A stretch of DNA of 64,000 bases from assembly GCA_964106645.2 (NCBI GenBank), contig OZ067039.1; one strand, given 5' to 3'. The notes below the pieces were generated by a model, which saw only the letters and a list, made by a program, of their open reading frames with translations, was not told where the DNA came from and did no database searches. Numbering within the stretch: the first letter of the stretch is position 1; the number at the start of each line of letters is the position of its first letter. Both the position numbers and the translations under genes were made by a program. This DNA comes from Podarcis pityusensis. Its lineage: Eukaryota. Positions 1-13,090 of this stretch are shown piece by piece.

Positions 1-1482
1 TATACCCAGCTAAGATCTTTTACATCCCCTGCCACTGCACTCAGCACTGCCTCCTTTAGTTTCTTCCTATCCTTCTTGGCCTCTCTCTGCAGTGCTAAGA
101 CCTTCCTATTTAGAGGTCAGACTTTAATTCCTGTTGGTGAGAACTACAGAGTTCTCCCACAGTCCATATCCTGAAGACCATAAAGCACACTTTTCATGCA
201 TTTATGTATCTGTTGTAAGTTTCAGTATCTCCAATTTTAAATGCCAGGAGCGGTATCAAATTTCTTCATTTAAGTTCACACTGGAGTACCCTGGTGATGC
301 AATTTCTGATCTTTGCTGGCTCCAATAAACATTTTTGTGAATCTATTTCCCCTCCATTCTAATGTTTGACCTTCTATTGCAACGTAGACATTCAGTGTCA
401 TATTTTACACTATTTTCTCACCTGCTCACCCCCCATTTCTGGTCTGCCATCCTCCAGTGCCCAAAGCAATAACCCAAGACTATCTAACAGCTCTGCAGGG
501 TTCCATTCAGAGAACTGCCAGTCCTTGGCAGAGCAGAGCACATAAGAAAACTTCTCTTTCTGTTTTCACAAATGTGCATTGAAGAAATATGCTATTGCTC
601 AAGGTCTCATCGGCATTTACTTTCATCTTTCCTCACATTTGTACCAAAAATACAACATCTTTTTATTATCTTAACAAATTAACAAGACATGGCAGTTCTG
701 CTGCAATCATGTTATATAAACATCTCCCATGAAGATATATCATTAGATTATATTTTAAGCTCCCATATGTCATCAGAATTCATGCTGAAGCAACCTTACA
801 AAGCAATCTTTATGACAGATTTCTATGGATTAACCAGGTTCCCCTCCCCTCTCCCAACAATTTTCTCTGACATTTTGTTAAAACTTTAATACTCTAAGCA
901 TTGACAGTTGACATCCTTTCTGACACTACTTTTACCAAACATCAGCATATGCTACAAAATAGTAAATGATGCCTTGCAGATTTAGGCCTCTTAGCTTGAA
1001 ATACACAGAAATGTGTTGGTAACCAATGGCACCACCAATTAAATAATTAACTCTATTAACTCTATTATGCACTATTCAGTTTTCTGGCTTCTTTCAGAAA
1101 TCACTTAGATCTTCTAGATTTCTTTGCATTGTGTTGTTCTTGCCGCTAGCTGCATAAACTTTACAATGTGCTGTAAACATTACAGCCTTTATTAATAGGC
1201 AGCATGTATTTAAATAGCCTTTTATACTCCAGCTGCTGGTGATGTACATGAAACACGTCATTCGATGTAACTGGAGCTTATGGTGGGAAGGTGAGGGAGT
1301 GTAGAAGGGATCTTAATGGCCATTTGCAGGCCTAACAGCTTTTAGTTTTTTACAGACTAGAGCTGCCAACATACACAGATAGGGGCAAATCATAAGCATC
1401 ACCATTATGGGCCAGTGCAACTGGTAATTAACAGTTGCATCACACAAGCATTTCTGGATTGGTTCCCTATAATACATGTTTC

Positions 1483-1518
<36 letters not shown>

Positions 1519-1530
1519 ATCTATCTATAT
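1483..1530 (+). repeat. (CTAT)n microsatellite abutting a SINE 5' end
   Basis: Read directly from the sequence. Confidence 0.95.
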
Positions 1531-1878
1531 GGGGTCATGGTGGCGCTGTGGTCTAAACCACAGAGCCTAGGGCTTTCCGATCAGAAGGTCGGCAGTTCGA
1601 ATCTACGCGATGGGGTGAGCTCCCGTTGCTCTGTCCCAGCTCCTGCCCACCTAGCAGTTCGAAAGCACATCAAAGTGCAAGTAGATAAATAGGTACCACT
1701 CTGGCGGGAAGGTAAACGGCGTTTCCATGTGCTACTCTGGCTTGCCAGAAGCGGCTTAGTCATGCTGGCCACATAACCCGAAAGCTGTACGCCGGCTCCC
1801 TCGGCCAGTAAAGCGAAATGAGCGCCACACCCCCAGAGTCATCCGCGACTGGACCTAATGGTCAGGGGTCCCTTTACC
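1531..1878 (+). mobile_element. Sauria SINE (POM/Squam1-type)
   Basis: tRNA-like head (tggcgctgtggtctaa ... cagttcgaatc) and a tail ending ggggtccctttacc. Homologous to the copies at 11792 and 15240. Confidence 0.9.
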
Positions 1879-4133
1879 ATAATATTTGAAGAAGAAAAAG
1901 GCTTCTCAATGCTTTGAGATGGGAAAGGCTTTGTTTCGAATGAAACTAGTTCACATTTCTATGGGAGATTGAGGTGCAGAGGGATTTTGTTTAGAGGAAG
2001 GAGGGAGATTAGAAAAGTGGGGAAAGGCTTCATTGAATCTACTTTAGAGTTAATTGAATACTAGTTACTGAAACTATCAGCAGATGGAGCTGCTGCTTTA
2101 CTTAACCCATTTTAAAGAACATACCAAGGAGCAATTTCCACCCATTATAAATAGCAGTTTCAAAGGAGTGATTTTTGTCAGGAACCCAACAAAAGAAGAA
2201 AGGGTTATATTCCTCTTCCTCACCTGCTGCAATAACCCAAATGCTCAACATTTTAGAATGGGCATTTTAAAAGACATGCATATAAAGGCAAATATGAATT
2301 TAACATCAGATTTAGTTTGGCTCAAACACTGTGTTTAATAATGAGCGTTCTATGTTTTCACATGCTAAAACAGCCCAAAATATCAATTTTTCTCCATGAT
2401 TCTGCTTTTTCAAACATTTTCTTGCTGAGGACTATTAGTCCTAGGCTTCTTGCATGAGAAAGCTGCAGGAAAATCCAATGAAGGGCTGTCAAACCCTGCA
2501 CCAAAAATACAAGGGGGTAAGCATTATTAGAATCAGTCTTTTTTTTTTATGGAGGTATAGTTTGTGGCAGAGGTGGGGAATCTCCAAGCCATAGGCCTGG
2601 CAAAATTCCTAATTTGGCTCCCTCAAACCATGGCCACCTGCCTCAAATCTAATGTCGTATGTGCCATGAGGCGTGAACCAGGCTGGGATATGACTGTTTC
2701 AGTTGCATAGATGATCCCTGCAGAAAGCCAGGTTGAACTCACCGCCTATAATCTAATATGAATAATGAATCCAACCCTGTTGTGCAACTGGCTTCCCTAT
2801 GGGGAACTGGGCCATGCAGCTGATTCTTAAAGAAAGCAGCTCTTCTGCTGCAGTTCCCAAGCACCCAACAACCAGCTGTCCCGCCCCCCATTGAACCCTA
2901 CTGGAGTATCGTACATATGTCAATAAAGGTTTGAGAGTCTGACATCTCAGCATAGCAAGGGAGGCTGTAACCAGGTGATCTTGCTTATTCAGTCTGCTGT
3001 GCAGGTGTTAAGCACTGACTCAGAGCTTCAAGGCTCCTGCTCTGCCTTCTTATGATTCTTTATCTTTAAATCAGACTTCGACTGCACAGCGTTTCAGAAA
3101 ACTCATTCCAAAAGAGGACAGCTCCCAAGTCCTTCACATTGGGGACTGTCATCTGTAAAGCAGTACACATGGCTACCCTACTAGGGTAAGATTATGGGAT
3201 AGCGTGATCAGAAGAAGAGACTGAGGAATCTGGTTCTTGAGTTCTCAGTAGTTCTCTTTGCAAATCTGGAGGTCCAGTTAGTCAAGAAGAAGTGTGCTAA
3301 GACTCCTGAGTTCAATTTTATATATGGGGTGTATGGTATATCCAGATTTAAGTGAGAGAGGGGGGAGACAGATAATACAAAGCATTATCACTACTTTCAC
3401 AAATCCATACCTTTTTCTTTTTTGGAAAATATTAAATTATGTTCATGTGGAACAAACTGTGCCGGATTTTCAGCCCCAGCTGGAATCTCCCTAGTGAGCT
3501 TTACTATACCTTCTGGCTAAAAAAGGCTTCCTAAAAATCAGCCAAATCCCTGAAGGAAAATAAAAGGATTTAAACATAAGCAGCTGCCCTATGTTGCTTG
3601 ACTAACAAAATTTAAAGAAATGTGTTCTTAAGAATCCATGAACTGAAAGCCTAAGGCTAGCCAATGGTCCATTTCAAGAATGGTCAAGTGGACTCTGAAA
3701 TAAAATAATAAAGCATTCAGCCAGCCCACACCTTCTGGCCATTTAACAGCCCAAGATAAAATTTGGCTCAACCAAAGGAGGAGGAGTATAGCTAATTCTA
3801 TTCCATGGAGCAAATATGTCACCGAAATGTTGAATATAAAAGTGAAGACAGATATTCTAAAATGTGGGGAAATGGTTTCAACATGCATTTTCTGTATTCT
3901 GAGGAATTCTGAGGAACACATCCAAAGTGATACTTAACTTCCTGGTCTTCCCTGTCTGCTTGCTGCCTCAAATTCTGTATGATGTCTAAGATAGACAACA
4001 GTTTCCTGCTTACTAATTAAATGTCTCCTGTTCAACACTTCCACTAAGGAAATATGACACTAAGGTATAGTGCTTGCAAAATGATCTCACACTGGAGGGA
4101 CATGGGAAGAGCCAATATTGACTTTAGCACAGA

Positions 4134-4363
4134 GCACGCTTGTCATCTAGTGGTTAGAGCGACAGGCTAGAACCTTAGAAATCACAGGGTTCAAATTCCC
4201 ACTTGGCCATTAATTTCACTGATTGATCTTGGGCCAGTAACTGCCTCTCAGCCTAACCTACATCAAAGAGTCATGGGGAAATAAATGAGGAACAGAGAAC
4301 CGTATACACCACCCTGATCTCCTTGCAGAAAAGGGTGGGATATAAATGCAATACATTAAATAA
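4134..4363 (+). mobile_element. Diverged Squam3/CORE-type SINE
   Basis: tagtggttagagc ... ggttcaaattccc ... gatcttgggccagt ... ctcagcctaaccta, ending in an L2-like tail gggtgggatataaat. Confidence 0.65.
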
Positions 4364-5347
4364 CAAACAAAAACATTATAACATGGGATCATTTGGATGA
4401 TGTCCATGAGCCTGACAGGCTTAAAGAGAACCAGAGAGAAGGTAAATTTTGCGTGCCTTTTTTGAGCCACAGCAGGACCAACCATGTTTATGAAGTAGGA
4501 AGACTTAAAAAAACCCTTTGCCAGACAAGGGTGGGGGTGTGTGACTTATTATAAGCAGAGATAAAATATGTTTTATCAAGCTCTCTAATGGAGAGTGGAT
4601 TTGTTGACTGGGAGTTTACTGTTTCCACCTCATATGTCAACATTACCAGCTACTGGGTTTCATAGAAAACAAACCTAAGTATTTGCTTGAATGCATGATT
4701 GTCAACATTCATAATGTAACTTATGGAGAACATATTGCTTGCCACATTGTATTTATAAATCCAGCAATCTGTGTTGATGAGGTTCAGGAAAGAGAGTTCT
4801 TCGGAGGAGCTGCATCAGTGGTAACAAATGAGGCATTACATTACCTTCTATCACACTATCAGCATCAACAGCTGAGATTTAAGGGGCTTCTGCAGAGGGT
4901 TGGAAACGCTTTTTCAATTATGAAATGGATGCAAGCCACTTCTGAAGGAGGCTGCAGATTACCTCTGACAGCACTAGTAGTATACAGTAATTCAGTTTAA
5001 AGCTTACAGACTAGCCATGGAAGTAAAGTCCACCAAACTCAATCGATCTAATTTCAAGTAGACATGCATTGGATTGCACTGTAAGGGAGAAACGAGGTAC
5101 TATGTTAAATACATGTATGCATTTAACGTAACCTTTTTGCTTTAAAAAAACAGCCATTCTGGGAGGGGGAACGAGCATGGTGGGGGAATTAAACTCCCTA
5201 CAAGCTACAATGTTGATGGATTCCTGGCGCCTCTGCTATTTTCTCTTGAAGGGAAGCTGCAATTGGATTGCAGAAACTGTAAAGTTAAGTAATTATGTTA
5301 GAAACTGACTTTTTTTTAAAAAAAATAAAGACTCTCCTCCCTGTAAG

Positions 5348-5551
5348 GGAGGGGAGGGGTTGTGGTCGGGGCCCGAGCCCCGGCTAGCAGGGGGCGTGGC
5401 CCCCTGCTGCCCGCTCACCTGGCTGGCGCTCACGCCCCCTCGGTGGCCATCCAACCAGGGGCCACGGTGGGGGCGTGTTCAGCAGCATTTTGCTGCAGCG
5501 CCAGCCTTCCCCGGCCTCATTCTTCCTTCCTTCGTGGGAGTTTGTCCTTTG
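5348..5551. mobile_element. Unclassified GC/CpG-rich insertion
   Basis: Sharp GC-rich block in an AT-rich intron, flanked by tcctccctgtaag (5335-5347) / tcttccttgtaag (5552-5564). Confidence 0.45.
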
Positions 5552-7069
5552 TCTTCCTTGTAAGAGTTTTGATTTTAACATTCATTCAATACCTTCTAAC
5601 TTCTGGGCATCGTAGCTATGCCATGTTCAGCTTATACACACCATTCTTGCAAATAAAACTTTAAAAATGTGAAATTGGCAAGACTTCCCCCTTCAATTCT
5701 GCAGCAGTCTTGGTAGACTTTCAAAGCAAAATGAGCAAAACATTTTTTTAAATAAATAAATAATGGAAGCCATTGTTTTTGAAATGGTGGCATGATCTTC
5801 CTTGCTATAGAATCATAGAACTGGAAGAAAGAATATCACTGAGAGCACTAATCAGTTCCTCAAGATTACAGGGATTTGAGTTCTGTCTTCCTCCTCCTAT
5901 GAATAGGATGAGCATTACCAGCTGAGGATGGACTGTCTGAATGTGAGGCAATTCTCAAAAAATTAAAATACTATTTTGTTTTTTATTCTTGTCATGTTTC
6001 AGGATAAATATTCATTTTGAGATAGCCCAGCCTTTCATCCTCCAAAGGACTGGAAGAAGCAGAGCTGTTAATTCACAACAGCAAAAAAGTTAACAGTCTT
6101 TGCCATAGCAATTTGGAAAGACAGTATGTGCCAAGTTTATATTCCCATGATACTGCACCATATGCATTTTGTAATTTCTGAAAGCTTGTAAAGTTTCCTA
6201 CTGAAGTAGTCGTGTTACAACTTGCATGCCAATATGCTCTAGCAAACTTGCAATGGCATTTTCTCACATCAGTTACCATAGTTTAGGCTGATAGGAAATG
6301 ACAACTGCATCCCCTAGCATTGCTAAAAGTTAGATGAAGCCTTGGCTGAATTCTCTTAAATGAACTGCTGTTGTTGTCAGACATAAACTAACTCATCACT
6401 CCAGATTTCATAGATCTAAGGCATGGAAAATGAGAATATTTCTAATGGCAGAATGCAGCTACATTTTCATGATTCATACAGACTTTGAACATGCTGTATT
6501 TGCAATACAAACAAAATACTGATTGAAAAGGACAAAAGTAACTTTGGATGGCACAATGTGTTCATTCTGTGCAAATGTCATTCCAATCTAATAAATATAA
6601 GATTCCATGTGGTTTAGTGTTTCATTATATTATTTCATAATCTTCCATCCAATGAAACATTGCCTTCCTTTACACTATCGGGGTCTCTTAACGATCCAGC
6701 ACTTTGAGTTGGCTCATGCAGTGCAAATCTCCTACATGTTTGTCACTGGAGAACGTGAGGCCACAACTGGGAGGTGCTCATAGGTTAGTGCTCCCACCCA
6801 GGGGCCAACTAAGCAGTTGCAATGACCCGTGTGATTATGTCATCTTACAAATTGCAGTAGATGCATGGACAACGTCATGTAGGTGCACTGATTAATAGAG
6901 AATGCCACCTTTGTAAGAGCCTAATTGTGAAACCCTGCAGACTCCCTAAGTAGCTTCTCTGAGCCTTCCCTGAACTAACATTCTGCTACCTTCATTGATT
7001 TTGACACTCCCATTCCAAGGACCAACCGAAGTGGTGCAGCACATGACACCCCCTCTCCAAATTAAGATA

Positions 7070-7272
7070 TAATAATAATAATAATAGTAATAATTTTTAT
7101 TTATAACCCACCCATATTATTTTTTTAAAAAACCCATAAGACATTAAAAAAAAGTCCCAATACAGGGCTGCCTTCAGATGTCTTCCAAAAGTCAGATAGT
7201 TGTTTATTTCCTTGACATCTGATGGGAAGGTTTTCCACAAGGCAGGCGCCACTACCAAGGAGGTCCTCTGCC
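7070..7272 (-). mobile_element. L2 LINE 3' end
   Basis: ORF 7097..7297(-) contains VVAPALWKTFPSDVKEINNYLTFGRHLKAAL, an L2 ORF2 terminus, and there is a (TTA)n tail. Confidence 0.75.
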
Positions 7273-9902
7273 CAAGGCTGGTGTACTTATTTTTCAATCT
7301 GAGCCTGATAATCCCACATGTGCCTCTTTGGTCGCTGACAGTAAAAGTGCAATCATTCTAGATCTGTAGCTTCTAGTGTGGTGTGCCAGCCATGACCTTG
7401 CCACTGCCCTGCCCCACTCCATCTAGCACCATCCAGGAAAGCTGCAGAGATGCCGGTGTTGGGAAAAGCAGCTCTGCACCACCATACAAGACACTACTGT
7501 TATGAACTAACTAATTAGCTGCCCATTCAATACATCTAGAATCAGCTGCCCTCCCACTCTGTTTGACGGAATGGCCAGTGCTACCCATCCTCCTTCCCAG
7601 CTCCTCCACCTAGTCACGGTTCTCAAATGTTGAACAAAAATCCTCTTGATAGGGACCATAAGGACTAAACTAAGCATGACCGGCAAGATCTATGATTAAG
7701 ATCTCCCAGCAATGTAATCATAATTTAAAAAATAGTAGCTGTAGCATGCCACCAATCAGATTAGCACTGTGGCACTGGAAATATTGTTCACCTGATAAAA
7801 ATTATGCCCCTTAGCTGCTAGTATCTCTACAGAGCATATAGTATTTTGGGGGGTGGGGGACAATTTTATTCACAAAAACATCACCAGTGGGGTGGGGGAA
7901 GGGCTAAGACCCCTCTTCACCAGCATTACAGTCCTAAGGCCATTCTCACCACAGCTGCTTTGTTCACTGATTTAACCATCTCCTAACCACAAGTTTTGTC
8001 TCCCATGTCATGGCAAAAACAAGATTTTTTTTTAAAATGACTACTAATAGTATAATAACGCTTACAGTAGGTTAATCCAAACAATCTGTGATCAGATATT
8101 AGAGCCACAATGAGAGATGGTGAGAAAAGGATTATTTTTCTGCTTTTAATATATATTTTTCTCCTGTTGCCCAAAGTAAGAAATTAGCCCATTTATGCAA
8201 TTCTACTGGATGACAAAGTTACAGAAGTGGGAATTTGGACTGCAGCAATTTTAAGCTGAGCTGGCAGCACTTTCAACAAAAGAAAATACTATGATTAGCA
8301 GATTTCATTATTCCATACAAAAATAGCTGTTCAGTTCTAGCAGGTTTAAATTCTTGTTGCAGCTGTTATAACAACCGGACATCTTCAAAGCCTGAAATTC
8401 ATCATTTTCCCATGCCAGGAGGTAGGGGTTATTTATACAGTCATTTACAAAGCTAAGTTATTGGTTCAGAAGCAATGTGTAATGAATGAGGCAACTCGGT
8501 TTTCCTAAAAGATTTTGCAGAAATACCTAGGGTACTCAGCCTCCCTGCTTCTCTAGAGGCAAAAAGTATAATAGGAATGAACAATACCTGTTCTAACCTA
8601 ACATGAACTTGCATGTTTTCTAGTATGGGTCAAGACGGGAACATCTTATATGCTGTTTACTGGTCTGGATCATAAAGAATCATATATTTAGTTAAACAAA
8701 ATGTCTTAGACATGTTGAATGCAATGATAGTGCAGTATTGCTTGGTGAATATGAGACAATGGAATATGAGACAAAGACCCACAAAAAAATTATCTTTCAG
8801 TGCAACTAAGGACATAAAGATTGACTAGTATTAGTTCTGAAATGCAGCAGAAACTCCAGGCAGTCCTTTTTTTTTGGAAAAGAACTGGAGAATGCCTCTA
8901 CCAGCATGCATTCACTCTGGGATAATCCATTTGCCACTAGTGATGCCAATAAATCAAACTCCCAGTATATTTATTTTGAAACTTTTAAATATGGATTTAC
9001 TAACCCTGCTCCTAAACTGGACACAAAGGACAGCCAATGCGTTACTTAGATAATCTCAGAATTCCAACAAACACAGTTTATACTCATGAAGATTGATGCA
9101 GTTCTCCAATATATAAAGTTTGCTGTTTGATATTCTATCCAAGGCACACTAATTACATTTCCTCACTTAAAAGCAGATGTCATTTGCTAGATTTTTAGAG
9201 CAGATAATGAACAGCAATGAACATACACAGTGTCAAGAACTGCTGTCAGGAACGTTAGTAAATTTTTGATCTCATGGATACGTTCAGAGTAGACCCTAGT
9301 ACCTTCGGTGAAGAGTTATTTGACAAATGAAACAAAGGCTACAATTAACTCTCTCCACGGTTTCACACAGTGAAAAATGAACAGGACTCCACATGCTTCT
9401 GTTCTTCAAAATGCAAACATGGGTATTGTTTTGTAAAATGTCTTATAGAGCAGCAAGATAACACATTACGTATCTATGTATGTCTACAAGCAATAACAGA
9501 AATTTGGCATTCATGAGTGTTGCACAGCAGATCTAAAGTATCACATTTTAACCAGAAATCAATAGGACAGAAATCAATACCCCTACTTTCCTGGAGCAAG
9601 CCCCACTAATCCCATTGACACTTTCTTCTGAGTAGGCATGTATAGGATTACACTCAAAAGTAAGACCCAGTGAGCCTACTGAAACTTATTCCTAGGTAAG
9701 TGTTATAAGATTGCAATTTTGTTTTAAATCAAACAAAACAAAAACATTTCAAAAGACAAGGAAGGATAAAACTGAACAGCAGTAACAAAACCCTTTCCAC
9801 TGAAGAATGGCTTTTTATGCTTCATACTGTACTTTTATTTAGATGTTTCTAATTATTCTGTAAGCCACCTTGAATCCTGGTTTAGGAAAAGGCAGGGATA
9901 TT

Positions 9903-10163
9903 ATAGAATCATGGAATCATAGAGTTGGAAGGGACCCAAGGGTCATCTAGTCCAACCCCCTGCAAAGCAGGAATCACATCTCCTCTCATTCTCCTCTTTT
10001 CCAAGCTAAACATACCCAGCTTCTTCAACTACTCCTCATAAGTCTTGGTTTCCAGACCCTTGACCATCTTGGTTGCTCTCCTCTGCACACGTTCCAGCTT
10101 GTCAACATCCTTCTTAAATTGTGGTGCCCAGAATTGGACACAGTATTCCGGATGTGGTTTGAC
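9903..10163 (-). mobile_element. CR1 LINE 3' end, internally deleted
   Basis: CR1 terminal repeat (atagaatc/atggaatc) with the adjacent 3' stem sequence. The ORF2 remnant reads [42 protein letters not shown] on the minus strand. Confidence 0.85.
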
Positions 10164-11693
10164 AGTATTATTAGTATTATTATTAGTAGTAGTAGTAGTA
10201 CTTTAGTACATATATGTAAACACAACATATTTGCAGACAATGTTATACAAGTCAGATATGTATAAACCTAATTGAAATAACTCTTTGCAATGAAGAAGAA
10301 TCACAATATGCACGTTTTGTACTTTGTGATCTGAATTCCAGTACAAACTGCAGTTTGAAAAGCTACTTTCTGAACATGTTAAAATGCTCACATTGTATAC
10401 AGTCTTTTCATGCCACTGGACCAAGTTAGAATGCACATCGGAGAAACCACCATTTTTTGAAGACATGCCCCTCCTTCCCTTACAGCCTCCCTCAGTGTGG
10501 AAATGGCAAACATCTTTAGCAGAACCACGGTCATTCTCCTATATGCATTCTGAGGTGGTGCAGTCTTATGACAGAATTGCGACAACCACCACATGTTTGA
10601 AACACCTCTTATTTAAGCTTGTTCAATACCTTGGAAAGGATAGCCAAGGGGCTGTTTTTACTGAACAAGGATATCTATTTCTAGCAGAACAGGAAGTATT
10701 CTTCAACACAAGAAAAGCATTTGAAAAACATTTTTCTGCAGTCCCCTTGAGTGTGCAGAAAGCTGTAAAAAGAAGGGATCTGTCAAGAAAACCTTTAAAC
10801 GAAATGAGATTGCATGTAATCTTATGTGTGGTATAAGAAAATGGGGGGGGGGGACCTTAGCCTTTGATTCAAAATCTCTTTCATGTTCAACTGCTAGAGG
10901 AAAAGGTACTTCCCAGGGCAACTGCCATTCAGAGAATTTATCCATGCACATTTGCTCTCTATGTGCCACAAATTAATTTTATTATTCTCAAATTTATTTT
11001 TTTCAATGAAAGCTATTTGTTTTATTTGAAAATGTATCTAGTCAAAACTATTTAGTGCGCTGTTTATTATCATCATTTCTGTGGCTATTATAAACTGTGA
11101 AACAAATTAGCCTTTTAGTGTGCATATGTGGCCGTGCATTTGCTTCTTCCTTCACAATTGTGAGCAATCAAATCAGGAAGTGTCCAATCAATCATGGTTC
11201 CCATTTTGTCTAATCTGGGAAATTATGCTTGCCAGCTTCAGAAAAAGTCAGTATATTAAACACAAGTTTGAAATTAGTTTTGTTAATAAAAGGTATGTGG
11301 CATGTGAACATACAGATTCTACTTTTAGCTGTCATGACAATCACCCATTGAAAGGCTTGCCCTTCATGGATTTGCCTAATTTTGTTTAAAATGCCAGCAC
11401 TAAATTCAGTGGACAGTACATGTATTGTATAAATATGTGCTTTTAATCGTTCTGAACATACAATCAGTTCCATTGTATAATGAAGGTCTAGCATTATGAC
11501 AAAAATAGTTTCTCTTTATTCACTACCTATATGGTTGCTAATCTGGTACGTTTCTGTCATGCTTCCTCCTCCCCTAGTTATCTTGTTCCTAAGCTAGCCA
11601 CCCACACAAACAACCAAACAAACAAACACTAGTTTAGCCTTTTCTCATAGTGAGATACTCTATCTGGATGATCAGGGGGTCTCTAGTTGGCCT

Positions 11694-11694
11694 T

Positions 11695-11725
<31 letters not shown>

Positions 11726-11735
11726 TTATTTATTT
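11694..11735 (+). repeat. (TTTA)n microsatellite
   Basis: Read directly from the sequence. Confidence 0.9.
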
Positions 11736-11791
11736 AAATACTTTATTGACAATCTTATACAACAAATAAAGTATACATCTTCTTTTATTAG

Positions 11792-12144
11792 GTAAAGGTC
11801 AAGGGACCCCTGACCATTAGGTCCAGTCGTGACCGACTCTGGGGTTGCGGTGCTCATCTCGCTTTATTGGCCGAGGCAGCCGGCATACAGCTTCCGGGTC
11901 ATGTGGCCAGCATGACTAAGCCGCTTCTGGCGAACCAGAGCAGCGCATGGAAACGCTGTTTACCTTCCCGCTGGAGCGGTACCTGTTTATCTACTTGCAC
12001 TTTGATGTGCTTTCGAACTGCTAGGTTGCCAGGAGCAGGGACCGAGCAACGGGAGCTCACCTCGTTGCGGGGATTCAAACTGCCGACCTTCTGATCGGCA
12101 AGTCCTAGGCTCTGTGGTTTAACCCACAGCACCACCCACATCCC
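11792..12144 (-). mobile_element. Sauria SINE, full length, with TSD
   Basis: Reverse complement of the 1531 copy. TSD tcttttattag (11781-11791) / tcttttactag (12145-12155). Confidence 0.92.
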
Positions 12145-13053
12145 TCTTTTACTAGACATGAGTATAAATCTTATAAATGAAGCAACAACCATATACAAGT
12201 AATACTCCATTTGTTAACAAACAAAAAACTTTCTTATTCCTTTTAGTGAATTTTCCATTATGGTTCCAATCTCTCTTCTTTTATGGGGGGTGGGGGGTGG
12301 ATGGACCTTATCTGCTGACTTTAGGCTTTTTTTTTTTTTATCTAGGTCACTTTTCAGCTATTGCTTGAATTTATTCTGTCCTCATACCTCTCTGTGCTGT
12401 GCTCCATCACATCTAGCTTTAAGTTTTCATATTTAGCTGCTTTCTCCAGCCCAGTTTGTTCCTTTCTTTCACATTTCAGCTGCTGTTTTGACTTCCTTAC
12501 TCAAATCCTGGCAACTGACCTTTTGTTCCCCTTGGATTGTGATTTTGGATCACTTTTCTGGTAAATAATTATTGGCTCCATCATGATTTGCCGTCCTTTA
12601 GAGCAGGGACAAAGAACCTGTAGCCCTCTCAGAGCAAACCATACTGGGCCTGAGAGTCGGGGTGTGACTAAAATACATGATGACTATTTACATTTGTTGT
12701 GGGAGCAGATGTGCACCCCTGAAAAATACCCTACTGTACCAGGCGAGGAGACAACAGAACTCAAGACCATGCTGAATAACTAAGGAATGACTAATACCAA
12801 GATAAACTAAACCTAAACCCCTGAAAATAACCTAGCGTAACTGATTTTAAAGATTGTGTTGAGACCATTTTTAGTGTGCTGTGCACCCTAAAGTAAAGCA
12901 CATAATCTATGGCAGAAAGCAAAAAATGGCCTAATCCCATGTTTCCAGAAGGTAAAAGTGCTTGAAAATGTTATTTTGTTGTTGTTGTTATGCTGGTTTT
13001 TCTGTTGCTAAAAATACATTGTTATAGCTTCCGAGAATGATCTGCCATTTTTA

Positions 13054-13090
13054 AAACAAACAAACAAACAAACAAACAAACAAACAAACA
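13054..13090 (+). repeat. (AAAC)n microsatellite
   Basis: Read directly from the sequence. Confidence 0.95.
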
